A stretch of 64,000 nt of DNA from the human T2T-CHM13v2.0 reference genome, Homo sapiens. A program made the translations under genes and the position numbers. A model generated the notes under the pieces. The model was not told the origin of the DNA. It did no database searches and was given only the letters and a program-made list of their open reading frames with translations. Positions within the stretch are counted from its first letter, which is position 1. The number at the start of each line of letters is the position of its first letter. Of the stretch, positions 1 through 13,400 are shown one piece after another. The stretch lies in the NCBI RefSeq assembly GCF_009914755.1, contig NC_060933.1. One strand, 5' to 3'.

Positions 1-149
1 GAGAGATATAAACCCTGCTGGAGAAGTGTTTGTATTTAGACAATGCCATTTTATAAATACCTGTAGGTAGAAGACCACGTAGGTATTACCAGATCACCAG
101 TAGTTAAAGGAGCAGCGATAAGATCCCCTTATGTTACCTTGCACTAATA

Positions 150-620
150 GAATTCTTGGTTGGAAACAACCAAAACCTACTCTGGTCAATTTAAGGGAAA
201 AGTGAATTTCTTAGAAAGTAATGGGGCAGCTGTGGAATTGAGGAAGGCTAAACAACAGGTTTAGGAAGTAATCGAGGGAGGCAAGGCATGGATGAGGCAG
301 AGTCCCAGGAGGGTTCTGCTGAAGACACGTTCATTGCCACCTGGAGACCCCACCCCTGCTGGCCCTGGTGAGCAGACTTGCCCCATGCTGCTGGGCTCTG
401 TTTGCCTTGGACATTTGCTGCCCTGCCTCTGGGTCCTCTACTTCACCAAAGCTACCATGGAAAATCTCTGACCGATTCCACACACTTCCCTCAAAGATCC
501 GTGGTCTGGGTGGGAGCATCTGAGTGGCTATGCTGTCATAGGGCCACACTCTGTCTTCTTGGGAAGAGGGAGAGGGACCATCTGTCTTTTTCTGACTCCC
601 CCAGTAGGAATTGAACTCGG
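150..620 (-). mobile_element. MLT1 (K/L-like) MaLR LTR, degenerate
   Basis: ggttggaaacaaccaaaacctactctggtcaatttaagggaaaagtgaatttc resembles the antisense 3' end of late MLT1 LTRs; right boundary uncertain. Confidence 0.55.
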
Positions 621-1302
621 TCTCCTACCATTTCTGTGATTTGCCCAAATCGGAGGGGCATTTAGATAATGGGCAGAACTAAGTGATGGATGTTTCCTCT
701 AGATACCTAGTTTTAGCATAGAAATGTGCCTAAAGGAAGCTGAGATAGCCTCATTCGTATGGAACACTGTTCAAACAACGCATGCTGTTACACTAATGTC
801 AATGATTCTAATTATGACACTTTTATGTTTCAAAATCCATGGCCCTCCTGAACCTGTTATTTACACAAAGTGAATTTGTCCATGCTCTGGGTTTGTCTGA
901 CTCCAGCAAGAATGCTCACACGCAAGCTTGACTTCTTTCTCACTGTGTGGCTTGGCTATGCAATTCAGAAGACGTAAAGAGGTTTTCCCTGGCTTTCAGC
1001 CTCCCTATCTATTTTGATCATGGAGGTTAATAATGCTGAAAAGCACTCAGAGTATATAAGGCCGCTGAGGAAATGAGAGCTCTATGTTTTATGGCTGAGA
1101 CATGACTGACTGGTAATGTATCTGCCAGGAAAGTCTCCATTCAGAATGCAGCAATGAATATTGGATTCCATCAATCCTTAGCCATTTCTCTCTTCCCCCA
1201 CCCTATCCTGTCATCTTGCTTCTCACATGGGAAGGAGCATTTGGAGTTGAGATCTGAGCATGTTGGTAGTTTCTTTATCTGTAGGGCTCTGCCAGGGTTG
1301 GG

Positions 1303-1479
1303 CAGTGGCTTACCATCCTGGCTGTACATTGGAATCACCTGGGAGCTTTTAAGAAGCCCAATGCCTGGGTCACACATGAAACCAATTAAATTAGAATCTC
1401 TGGGGAGGAACCCAGGTGTCAGAATTTTTTGAAAGCTGCCCAGATGGTTCCAATGTACATGCAAGATTGAGAATCACTG
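1303..1479. mobile_element. MER5A (hAT-Charlie MITE)
   Basis: CAGTGG...CACTG termini; internal tacattggaatcacctgggagctt and aattagaatctctgggg motifs. Confidence 0.9.
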
Positions 1480-1576
1480 TAGCTCAAGCCCCTAAACTCT
1501 ACATGAACCAGCTTTGCCTCAGAACCAGAACCAGGCAGTAGAAATGGAAACTTTCCAGTACCCCTTCCCCCAGGCT

Positions 1577-1602
1577 TTATTATTATTATTATTATTATTA
1601 TT
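1577..1602. repeat. (TTA)n microsatellite
   Basis: about 8 perfect TTA units. Confidence 0.95.
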
Positions 1603-1654
1603 TTTTCAGGCTTTAAGTGGTTATTCCTGAGACAAGTGTTATGTGGTACAACAA

Positions 1655-1835
1655 ACATGGGCTTGAATTCCAGTTTCCTAGCTGCGTAGTCCTGGGGAGA
1701 TTACTTTAGCACTCTGGCCTTCAGCTTCCTCACCTGTAGTAAATTCTGCCTTACAGTGTTGTTGGGAGGATTCAAGAAGCAATTTTATTTCAGTTTCTTA
1801 GTGCACTACCTGGTCCATAGTAAGGGTTTAGTAAA
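1655..1835 (+). mobile_element. MIR SINE
   Basis: core ctggccttcagcttcctcacctgta; 3' end gtgcactacctggtccatagtaag. Confidence 0.8.
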
Positions 1836-1864
1836 TCCCAGCCAGTCTTATTGTTGTGCAGCCC

Positions 1865-2012
1865 TTAGAGCTTTCAGAGTATGTTCGTATCTACTGTTTC
1901 ACTATTCTCCCCACAATCCTTTGCCATAAGCTAGTTTGGAATTTATCATCCCATTTTAGAGGTGAAGATGCTAACATCCAGAAAGGATGAATATTCTTCC
2001 CTGGGCACACAG
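1865..2012 (-). mobile_element. MIR SINE
   Basis: antisense core tatcatcccattttagaggtgaag. Confidence 0.7.
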
Positions 2013-2324
2013 AACTTCTCACTTGGACATTGTCTCAATGAAGAGGTAAGCAGGGAAGTTTCTTTTCTTTTCCACTGCTGCCTTGGCCAGGTCTTGGGGC
2101 CTCTGATCTTCAATATACTATCTGTTTCATGCCCAGAATCCAAGCAGCAAGTGTCCAAGGAGGATCAAAGAATGGCTAAACTGTCACAAGGGACAAGTTG
2201 ATTGTCAGCTCCATCAGCCTCTACTTTGTTTTCACCTTTCCAATTCTTTACCTGGTCAAAGTCTGCTTTCAGGGAAAGTATCTGATGTCAGTCATTCACA
2301 CTTTAGTATGAATTTAGATGGTAT

Positions 2325-2478
2325 AATGTTAGAGTGTGAAGAAATCTAATCCATCCACTCATTTGGCAGGTGAGGAAGTCCAGGCCCAAAAAGGAAAATT
2401 ACTTAGCACAAGTTCACTCAGCTAATTAATGGCAGAGCAGCAGTTATTCTGACTCTCCTCATCCAGTGCTCTTTTCAA
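2325..2478 (-). mobile_element. MIR3/MIRc SINE
   Basis: atctaatccatccactcatttggcaggtgaggaagtccaggccca...tccagtgctctttt. Confidence 0.7.
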
Positions 2479-2643
2479 ATCTAAGTTTTCTCAGGGACAT
2501 TCTCATCTGTTGCCTTCTCTCCAATTGTGGACAGATATTTCTCCATGTGAAGGAATTTCTAAAGAAAGATATACTAAAGGGCCTAAGATTTTTCTTAGTG
2601 TTTCTGAACCTTTTTAACTTCAAGAGGACACAGATGGGCCACA

Positions 2644-3002
2644 TGTATTACTGGTTCTGGTTATTCATTGTTACATAACAAACTGCCCCAAACCCACAGC
2701 TTACTTCTGATCTATTTTTCTCATGAATCTGGGGGCTGACTGATGAAGCATCTATCTCTCCCTCTCTCTCTCAGGGGGTAGCTAAACTACCTCCATGGAA
2801 TCCAAAGGACCCCAGAATGATTGTTGCAAGAGAAAGTATTGGAAGCTGCATGCCCCTTTCTAACCTAGATTTGGACATCATGCAGCATCACTTCCCCTGT
2901 GTTCTATTCATTGAGAAAGCTGCAGGTTCAAGGGGAGGGTCATAGCCTCTATCTAGTAATGGAAGGAGTGTCAAATTTTCAGATATGTTTTAAACTACCA
3001 TA
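2644..3002 (-). mobile_element. MLT1 (G/H-like) MaLR solo LTR
   Basis: tgtatta...acataacaaactgccccaaa start; end caggttcaaggggagggtcatag...ggaaggagtgtcaaa...ttttaaactacca. Confidence 0.8.
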
Positions 3003-3732
3003 TCACCCTAAGTGTCACAGCCAAGTTTCAATTTCACATTTTCTATATGCCTAGCTCTGTAATAAGGGCTTTCCATTTCAATTCTCTTGGTGAGAGATCA
3101 GAAATATTATGGTGAATAAAAAGAGGATAAAATTCATTTAACTTTTAGACCCTAACTTGATGGAAGGGTGTCAAAGCACAATGAAATGAGGCTGGGTAGT
3201 AAGACTTACGGAGTATTTTGGGTTTGATTCACACTGGGGACAGAATTCCAGCTGCAAATTGTCTTTGGAGAACTCAGCCAAGTGCCTTTGATACTCAACG
3301 ACAGTCCAACATTTTCATGTCTGTGTCTTTTTCCTGGGTTGCATAAGAGTTATCTCTTACCTTTGCTTAATATACAGAGAAGAGATTGTTCTAGGAAAGC
3401 TCTTGTGTATTGGATTTAGCTTTGATGTGTTAAAGTTATAAAAAATAACAATTGTTTAATTTATTTGAGCAACTGCTGGATTCAACTTGTGCTTCATTAT
3501 TGGTGGGTTTATAGAGTTTGGGAGTTGAGGGAATTAGTAGAAAGCAGTTATATGATCCACTTCTAGGAACAGGACAAGGGTGACAGTAAATCTTACTATG
3601 CTATTTTGAGTCTGAATTAGTGACTGTGATTATTTTGTGGGGGGTGTGTGTGTGGGTGTGTACATTTGTACACGTGTGTGTTATAGTCCTATATAAGCTT
3701 AAGAAAAGAGAAGAAAAAAAAAGGAAGTCTAA

Positions 3733-3945
3733 GGGCAGTTGTCACAGAGTGGCTAAAAGCTGAGCCTTCAGAATCAGTCAGAGGTAGATGCAAGTTGCCT
3801 AAACTCTCTGACACTTGGTTTCCTCATCTGTAAATTGGGATAACATTTAGCTCATGACATTTTATGAAGGATTAAGTAAAGTAAAATATGTTAAGTACTT
3901 TGTGCAGCAAATTGTACATGATCGACTCTCAATAAATGTTAGTGT
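3733..3945 (+). mobile_element. MIR SINE
   Basis: gtttcctcatctgtaaattgggataa core; ctcaataaatgttag tail. Confidence 0.85.
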
Positions 3946-4289
3946 AATCAGTCAGTCAGTCAATCAACCAATCCATTAATCAGTCAGGAATTGGAATTCT
4001 GAGTTTGGGTACATAAGAACTCATCCCTGTGCTTCTGCTCATATAGTTTTGAGACCTCCATGATGTCAAATTAACCTACTTCTCCATCAGTTTCTCCATA
4101 TATGTGACGGTGAAAATGAACTCTTTTTAAAAACCAACTTTAACTTACCTTCTCCTGAACTGCCTTTTGAAGAAAGAGAAGTTAGGGTAAGTATTTTTTG
4201 TAGGAGGCGGGAAGATCCAAAGGATTTGGGGATTTATTTAAAAATAAAACCTATAACTTTAACATAGAAAACAAAATAAAGGAAACTGT

Positions 4290-4388
4290 CTAACTATATA
4301 AAACACAATGACTAGTTTCTATCCATTTTAAAGCTATGGGTTTTATGACTAACTATATAAAATACAATGACTGGTTTCTGTCTGTTTT
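4290..4388. repeat. Local direct duplication, ~40-bp unit, 59-bp period
   Basis: ctaactatataaaacacaatgactagtttct (4290-4320) vs ctaactatataaaatacaatgactggtttct (4349-4379). Confidence 0.9.
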
Positions 4389-4779
4389 GCTAAAAAGCAC
4401 ACAATGTATTTAAAGTTTGCCATTTACAGAGGGACGCAAGATGAGACATGTTGACATACTGGTCATTTTCCTGCTTTACAGGTTTGTTGTTTTGTTTGCT
4501 GTATTTGAATGGCCCTTGGCCTGTGGCTTTTCCACAAAATTGCACTAATGGTCAACAACAGTCTACAGGATCAACTGCAAAACGTGCCATCTTTTATACT
4601 ATCTTGCAAGACAAACAGTAAATGAGAGAGTCTTGAGAGTGGGGAAAAACTGAATTGTATGCTGCTCTCATAGAAGGTTTATTTTCAGGGGGTGGCTGGG
4701 AATCAGTATGCATGGATAAGGGGGGACATCTTGGAGTTAGTTCCCCTTGGACCTTGTTCCAACATTGTACTTCCTGGCT

Positions 4780-4945
4780 ATGGAGACCAGACGAAGACAG
4801 TTCTCTGCAACTCAGTTTTCTCTTCTCTAATATGGGTATAATAATAGTAAAAGGCTTGTCATGAGGATTAGATGAGAAAATCTTTTAAAAATGCTTAGTA
4901 AAGCTCTTCTATATAGACAGTATTAAAAACTTGGCTAACTTTTAG
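4780..4945 (+). mobile_element. MIR SINE
   Basis: ctcagttttctcttctctaatatgggtataataatagt...tgaggattagatgaga. Confidence 0.7.
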
Positions 4946-4999
4946 TATTTCTATAATTGTTCTTTGTTTTTGTTACAGAATCAGAACAAAGAGGGAGGA

Positions 5000-5225
5000 A
5001 TCTAACATTTACTGGCCATCTTTTAGGTGTCAGGAACTTTACATATTATTTATTCTAATATTTCCCAGAATATTATATGATGGAAATTCTTAGTCCCGTT
5101 TTATAGATGAGCAAATTAAGACTCAGAGAGGTGAAACAATTTGTTCAGAGTCAACATAATTAGTAAGCTCTGGACTCCAGAATTAAACTTGGCATATTTG
5201 ACCCTAAAGCCCAAGCCTTTTCTGC
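5000..5225 (-). mobile_element. MIR SINE
   Basis: cccgttttatagatgagcaaattaagactcagagaggtgaa. Confidence 0.85.
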
Positions 5226-5389
5226 TTAATTGAACAATGTACATTGAATGAGATTAGAAAAAAAAATGTAACCCATCTATTTGCTATTTTGTTGACTCCA
5301 TACCAAATCCAAGACGCAACTGATGATTTTGTTGAATCAACTCGTTATATGGATGGTATAGACCCAGTAATGATTCAACCATGAAATTC

Positions 5390-5485
5390 TTCTACTTAAA
5401 ATTAAACAGCCTGCCAAGGAATGTAGTAGAATCTCCCTCCCCTAGAATGCTCTAAAAGCTGGACAGGTAATTTGTCTCTGTCTGT
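5390..5485 (+). mobile_element. L3/CR1 LINE 3' fragment
   Basis: aacagcctgccaaggaatgtagtagaatctccctcccctagaatgctctaaaagctggaca resembles the CR1 ORF2 C-terminus (WN.LP.EVVESPSLE.FK..LD). Confidence 0.6.
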
Positions 5486-5657
5486 TTTATCACTGGCCTT
5501 TGAGGGGGCAATGGAAGAAAAACAGGCTCTTGGAATTTCTTCCTCGCTTATTCTATCTCTGCAATTGATTATGTTGCAAAAAGCATTTCTTTCTATTGCT
5601 TAGCAAACTCTGGGAGTAACTCAGCACGTAAAACAGTGAGTATCATTGAAGGGAGTC

Positions 5658-5900
5658 AATAGTAATAACTAACATTTGTATAAGCCATTTTAGGGCCTCC
5701 AGGGCTCCTCCACATACATTTTCACCCAAAACTCATATCAACTATTGGAAGAAGGATGGATGAGTATTATTACTATTTGTTTTACTTTTCATGTTGAAGA
5801 AATAGAAGCTCAGAAGTTGAAGAATTTACCCAATATGTTGAGGATAATAAGTAGCTGAATTCAAGCTTGAATCTGTCCAATCCAATGCTATAGCTCTCTA
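5658..5900 (-). mobile_element. MIR SINE
   Basis: aatagtaataactaacatttgtataag...gaagaaatagaagctcagaag. Confidence 0.7.
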
Positions 5901-5907
5901 CCTGAGA

Positions 5908-6075
5908 CCTTGATACTCAACGAACAATACGTGAACTAGGAGTGTGGGCTGCTATGAGGAGTCTGTCAGAAATGTAGAATCTCCTATCTCACACCATACC
6001 CACTGAATCCAAATCTATAGTTTAGCAATACTGTCATGTAATTTGAACATATATTCTTCTCTGAGAAGAGTTGAT
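5908..6075. mobile_element. MER5-like hAT MITE, degenerate
   Basis: tgtcagaaatgtagaatctc...cccactgaatccaaatct...tctgagaagagttg. Confidence 0.6.
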
Positions 6076-7964
6076 TCGTAGGTGACGTGACCTCTCACAT
6101 CTGTAACATTATATTCACCTGAAAGCACAAGGCTGCCCATAAGTAAGAATGCAGTAGCTTTCCAACTCAACACGGCCCCCTTCCCCTTTTAAGTAAATAG
6201 GAATTGACTTACTAGCAGGCATAAGGAGTTCTTGTTTTATTTTCGCTTGCTGGTGCCTTTGGGTAATGTTTTGGGGAGTCTAAAATGACTAAGTTTGGGT
6301 GAGGTGGTAGAGGCAGCTCAGCCAGTAGTGCTAAGCAGGGAGGAAAGGGGGCCCAGCCACTGGACATGGAAATAGGAAGTCACCTGGTCCTGTAAAGCAC
6401 ATCTTAGGTGCTACAGGATCCATAGCCTGGTTTCTCTGAGCACCTTGTCCAGGTTTCAAAGCAGTTATTTCTGGCTCACTTTGAGATGGGATGTGCTGAG
6501 TCCGGATGCCCTGAATGAGGAGAACATTTTCCACAGCATGTGTCTGGCTAGCATCATTCAACTCCAGCAAAGCCCCAAGAGAGCTCGTGCAGGCGTTTCC
6601 TGCTCAATGCCTGGGCTTTCTCTTGTTTAAAGAGCCAGCTGTGTTTCTAGCCAATGTGGGCTCTCCAGAAGGGCTTCCTCAGTTACACAACATTCCCTTC
6701 ACCTCTGGAAATAGTGTCCAGAGAGGACCCAGAGGCCTGCTGGCATCGTGGCCCTGGCCAGCACGCTATCCTCTTCCTGGGATGCCTCTCCACCCTCTGC
6801 CAGTTGATCCTGGTAAGTGAGGAAGAGAACGCTTTAGAAATTTTTGCCCTGCTGTAAAAACAAGGAATTTATGAGCATGCTGGTGTGAAAAGAGGGCCTA
6901 GGGAATCATTACTGAAAGCATAAAAGACTAATTTTCCCCATAAAATGGCAGCAATAAATGTCCTGTAAATATGGGCCTCCACTGACTCCTTCTTCAAAAG
7001 CATATTTTTACCCCCAATCCAGGAGAGTCTATTTCTTATTTAACAAAGTAAATAACATAGACTGAGTGTCTATGCAAATGCACCTGAAGTGACATTGTAT
7101 CCATTAAGGCAAGGGAGAGCAACTAAGGAGGATGCAGTCAGCTCTGGACGCCTCCAGTCTGGGAGAGAGAGAAGGAAGGAAAGAACATCAGGAATAGGAG
7201 GAGGACTGCAAGGGGCAGTGGAGGAGGCTGTCGTGGGTGGAAGTCCAGAAAACGAGCAATGGGGAAATAGAGGCATTATCTTCCTGAAGCTCCAGGAGCC
7301 TGGGATGATTCTTCTCCTGATTATCAAAAATTAGGAAAAACGGCATGTTCATAATATCCATTTATGAAAAGTAAGCCCAAATTTGGATATAAGCTTTGTA
7401 GATTCTCCCCCTTGCACCCCTCATTTGTGGATATGGAAAAGTATTTGATATTGAGAGTCCTGGAAAACATTTACATTTTCACTGACTTTTGCATGGTCAG
7501 CAGATCAATGAGCAGATGTTGGATTTTCAGGATGTCAGCCAGGAAGGATGACCCTTGCTTTTCTGAGATGCTGAGAGACTGTGGCAGTCCCTGGCTTGGT
7601 GGGAGTGGGAAATGAAACCTATGCCAGCTGGTGTCCAAAGAGGAGGAAGGAACATGCTCTTTCATTGTCAGTAAAAGAATCTCTATTAGCAGTAATTATG
7701 ATTTCAGAGACAGAGTTGGCAGATAGAGTGTTATAGATCATTTATCTACAATAGACTAATAAGCCTATAAATATTTCTTCAAATTTTGCTTTCTGAGAGC
7801 AGAAGCATAAGGTTGATTAAGGAGTTCAAGCTGGGAGGATCTTGGGAGCTAGGCTCTGGATGAAAGGGATCGAGAGGGAGCTAGAAGACAGATGAGAAAT
7901 GTCTGCTGCTGCTGCTGTCATCTCTATGTCACCTGCTCCTTAAAAGGCATGGTGGCATAGGGGT

Positions 7965-8200
7965 GTGGCAAGGCAGCTAAGATCATGCACCTTGAAGCCA
8001 AATACCCTGGGATCAAATCGTAACTCTACCTTAGCTGACCTTATGAAAGGGTGACCTTTGGAAAGACATTAATTTGCCTGCGACTTGAATTTCTTATTTG
8101 GGGATAATATTTAATAATAAGAGTTGATGTGAGAGTTAAGAGGCCATATTGGCAAATGACTGAAAACAGTGCTTGGCACATATTAACTTCACATGTTGAA
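7965..8200 (+). mobile_element. MIR SINE
   Basis: ctgggatcaaatc...gtgacctttggaaagacattaat...aacagtgcttggcacat. Confidence 0.75.
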
Positions 8201-10289
8201 GTTGGCTTCATATATGTGTGGGCTACTAAGTTATAATGACTTGTGTAAGTATCTCACTCCACTTGCCATGCATCACATAAAGACAGGTATTTGTTATAAT
8301 ACATGGACTGTATTCTTTTCCCACAACTACTTTGGAGGCATTGCTGATGCCAGATGGTGTTTATATATTGAAACTTATGGAAAGCACACATTATTCAGAT
8401 GAACTCAGTGATTGCTACATGATTCTGGAAAATTTGCTGTTCACACCTGGACTCTATCACACTCTGGTGCATTTAAGGGAGTGACTTCACTTGAGATGAC
8501 TGAGGATCAGACATGTTCTAGTTCATGGTTTTGCTGGTGACTGTGCTTAAATTCCTGATGCCTGAGTTGTGATCGATTCTATGTTTCCATTTTTCTGGTG
8601 TTCAAACTGTGATATCTTCTCTTTTTGAGGTGCCTTGATTCATGAGGCACTTTCTCAGCAGCCTTGCGGGCTGTCACCCTACCCTGCAGGACTCAATGCA
8701 CAGTGCAAACATGTCCTTGTCTCCTTATTCTCAGTCACCATCTTTTTCCTCTTCTTCCTTCATGAGTGCCACCCTCTCCTACACACACAGGAGTCTTGCT
8801 TTGTCTCCCACGGCTCTTACCAGGAGGAATTTCTGAGAGCTTTCTCTGGTGCATCCTGACTGGAGTCAGATGCTGGGAGCTGAGGCCACACTAGGTGATG
8901 GCTAGTTTGGTAGCAGAGAAGGTTGATGCTGGGGGAAAGCTACTTCTGTTCCTGGGACTGCTGTATCAGCATTTGGGTCTGGATGCAGGATGGGAGAAAT
9001 AAGTCTGCCACTTCTGAATCCTGGTAAACAGCGTCCTGAGGCCATTGGTATAGGATCTTCTTCAATCAACCAATCAGATCTAAGAGTGTCTACAAGTGTC
9101 TCAAACTGTCCTTTGGATGACAGGGGATTAAAACAAAGAGTAGGAGATGTCCCTCAGCTGCAGGAATGTAAACAATTACAATTACACAACTTTTGTTGAG
9201 ATGGGTAGTTTCAAAACGACATTGAGATTCGAAACGTGAAGTAGGAAGGGGAATTTGGATAGAAAGGCAAGAACATTCCAGATGGACAGGAGAAGAAGGG
9301 TATGAGGAATGTTGTCCATGCTGTTTCAAAGGGCTCCACATGGGCCAAATAGGAATAATCCACTTACAGAAACATAATACATTTGTTTTGCAACCACATT
9401 CACATGCAATATCTGATTGGGAATGGAATTGGTTAGGTTGGAGATCACAGAGCTTTGCTAAGTGAGATTATAGAACTTGAAAAAGTGGAAAAAAAAAAAA
9501 ACTGCTCTGCCTACCCCCAGTGGAGTCAGACGATCAGTTTGTCTGGCTCCTTTACTCTGAATTCATGGATTCTCTGTCTAGAAGACCAGTCCTAATTGAA
9601 CTGTTACTTAGGTATCTGGGATTCCAGCCTCAGTTTACTAGCTCTATGCCTCTGTTTCTTTTACTGAATAATCCAGCCTCTCGCTCTGTGTCAGCTAATC
9701 CTCCCTTAAGTCTGAATGTCAGCCTGGGTAGCGCATGCAAAAGACCTCTACCAATGCACTTTCTACCAATGCTCTTTCTTTGCCTTGCTGAAAAAGAACA
9801 CAGGTCCATTTGTTTATAGACTATTTGGGAATAAGTCACACTATTCCTTAGCTGGGAAGAGGCACTTGATCATACAGCAGTCTTTTTATAAAGAACAAAA
9901 TGAGAAACGCATATATTAGTTTGACTCCTTGCTTCATTATTAGCCATCATTTTCAAGTTTTCAGAGTGCTGTCACCCACCCCCGAAGACCTTCATCGGGG
10001 CTGACATTGGCATTGATTCAGATCACATTAGTGTAAATTTGGGTTTTCCATTGCCTACTGCTTAATAATAATCTGCAGTTTTGTCCCCACAGTATCATTA
10101 GCACCTTCTTCCTCCAGGTGCTAACAAGGGGCTTCAGAAAGCCCCCAAGGCTATAGCAATTTACACCTATGACTCTCCCTGCGGCTAATTCATCTTCATA
10201 ATCTGTCAGGTTCTTCACTCAACTTCTTAACTCTCTCACTCCTCTTACAGAGTTGGCCTATCCAAAGTCACTTGATTTTTGAGCCTTAT

Positions 10290-10465
10290 AATAAGGCTAG
10301 AGAGGCGAGGAACCTTGCAGATCATCTCACTGACATCTTCTGTTTTCCAGATGAAAAAAGGTAAAGGTCAGAGAGGTTAAGCGTTGTGTCCAAAGTCACA
10401 CAGGAAAGTAGAGGCAGAGCTGGGCCTAGACTCTTTACCTCCTAATCCTTATTGGGCATTCTCTC
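10290..10465 (-). mobile_element. MIR3 SINE
   Basis: ggaaccttgcagatcatct...gttttccagatga...cagagaggttaag...ccaaagtcacacag. Confidence 0.8.
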
Positions 10466-10789
10466 AATTGCCTGACTGTAGCTTGGGATCAAGTAGCCAC
10501 CCCCATGGCCCAGCAAATGCAAGGATTGTGTGGTCTCTTGGATGGAACAGAAGCCACAGTACTGAGGGATAGTCTCTAGGCTGAACTGTCAGGTAATAAT
10601 ATAACTAAAAGAAGGTAAAATTGAAGGTTGCAGAAATTTTTATAACTTTGTAATGTGTTATCCTTGAAGGCTGCTTACATATTAAATTTCTAAAGGGCAT
10701 ATTTATTCCTTACTATAATGGGTCAGATAGTCACTTTTTACTTACTTACCTTTTCTCCCTGAATCTGGTGGGTCATCAATCCTGCTGAG

Positions 10790-10965
10790 CATTGCGTCTT
10801 GGAAGAGTTTCTCAAATTCTTTACCCAGTGTCTGCTCTAAAATCTCTCCTGTTTCAGATCCCAATGACTGCTGTAGCTTCTTCGCTGGTATTTCTGTGCC
10901 CTGCACTCTTGACACCCATAAATCTGTCTTCCACACTCATTCCAGGGTAATGGTGTAAAACGGAT
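10790..10965 (+). mobile_element. L2 LINE fragment
   Basis: gactgctgtagcttcttcgctggt...aatctgtcttccacactcattccagggtaat. Confidence 0.55.
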
Positions 10966-11011
10966 CCTCTCCTTCCTCAGCACATTTTGTAGGTAATAAC
11001 TTCTCATTTAC

Positions 11012-11245
11012 AGAATGGTCTCCAAACTGGGCTAAACACAGACTTTCTAGGGGGTACATGTGCATGGATAAATTTTAAAAAATCAATGTCCAGATCTTCA
11101 ATATCTTGAATGAGCTAGCAATCACAAGATTTCTGTACCCCTTGCAAAAGAAAGGTAGGCTTTTTAACCATCCTAAATCTTACTTTGTGCATCGCCCTAA
11201 GGTATAAAAACCTCAGAGTACCAAAAGAAGGGATGCATGGAAATC
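11012..11245. mobile_element. hAT-Charlie DNA transposon fragment (MER113-like)
   Basis: tggtctccaaactggg...gggggtac...aatcaatgtccagatc...aaaagaaagg...aatcttact...aaaaacctc. Confidence 0.6.
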
Positions 11246-11253
11246 TTGGTTTT

Positions 11254-11582
<329 letters not shown>

Positions 11583-12019
11583 TGACACCTTGATCCCATT
11601 GGGCTTCCTGTGTTTCCTGTCTTATACATCTCTCCGTTAAGGGTAGAGCTTGGATTTGGCTGGAGTTGGGATGGTCTGAATACAAACCAGATGGAATGGT
11701 AAAGCTTAATGATTATGATTCTTTCAAATGTAACTGGAGTGTTCTGGAAGAGTATCACATTTTCAAGATAATTGTATAAAAACTAAGGATAAATAATTTA
11801 TATGATTTCTCTCAGATTCAGTGTGCTTTATAGCAAGGTAGTTAAAAATTGATTTTTTGATACCTAAAATGTAATACTTGTTTCTTAAATAGTCAATTCT
11901 CATCTTATTTCATTTTATAAAATGTTTAACATTTTCTATGTCCTTTTGTCTAAAAAAAAGTAAACCTGTGATGAAAAACCTTAAATAGATGACAGGCATA
12001 TAGTGTTTTCTCCCATAAC

Positions 12020-12515
<496 letters not shown>

Positions 12516-13061
12516 GGCAGACAGATTTTCAGTGATTTAGCGGGTAATGAACAGAGTAAATTTAAAGACTGCAGACTTACAGAAGAAAGCCCAACTCAAC
12601 CAGGCTTTCAAAGGGCTCTGTGGCAGACAGGAGCAGGTCTTAGGCAGACAGTAGTTTTATTGTGCTCCCCTCTCGTGCTTTGTCCTTGGTGTTTGACGTA
12701 TCCAACGCTCCAGCAACACGAAGCCACTTGAAGTTACCCAGCACCAAGCTGATTAATGCCTCTTTGTCATGGTAGCATAGACTGTTCTCTCCGCTAGGGG
12801 TTTGCTTCCCGCCTTGCAGCTTCCCTGTCCCTCTTGTACCTCTCCTTTGAGACTTTGCCCGAGGGGCAGCTTCTGTGTAGCAGAGGCTAAAAAATAAATA
12901 AGTAGAAATTAAAAGCCTGTTGAATTATATTGAGTATGATATGGTGAAAATTCCTTGGACTGCAAATCAGAAAACCTGGGAGTAAAACTCTTTCCTCAAA
13001 ATCTCCGTCAAAATTTTTTGTGAACCCTCCTATTATGTACAAGCTTCCTGTGGTCTGAATC

Positions 13062-13185
13062 CTTTTTAATTTATATTTGTATTTAATTATATACAATTTA
13101 TATCTAATATATTTACAAAATAATATAGTTATATTAATATAAACAAATATATTTAAATATATTCATATTTATATTTCTATATTTT
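13062..13185. repeat. AT-rich low-complexity tract
   Basis: almost entirely A/T, (TA)-like. Confidence 0.85.
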
Positions 13186-13204
13186 CCATCTTTTTAGGGC
13201 AAGA

Positions 13205-13400
13205 AAGCCAAAAGTCAGAGTACCTTCTCTAACACCAATGTGTGGCTTTACAGAGGTCATTTAATCTCTCTGGATGTTAGTTTGCTTATCTATTAAATAA
13301 AGGCAGAAATACCTGTTTTACTACCCCCAAATGTTTTCTTGAGGATAAAATACATGTGGTACAATGTTTGTAAGTTCTTTGGAAATAGGAAGTGCCGGAG
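13205..13400 (+). mobile_element. MIR SINE
   Basis: gtcatttaatctctctggatgttagtttgcttatctattaaat. Confidence 0.7.

Noticed and set aside
9981-10000. Small GC hairpin (cccgaagaccttcatcgggg)
   Set aside because: The stem is only about 6 bp, there is no ncRNA context, and it is expected by chance.
4143-10751. Perfect minus-strand donors AG|GTAAGT at ~4143-4150 and ~10744-10751
   Set aside because: No convincing matching acceptors found; isolated donors occur by chance at this scale.
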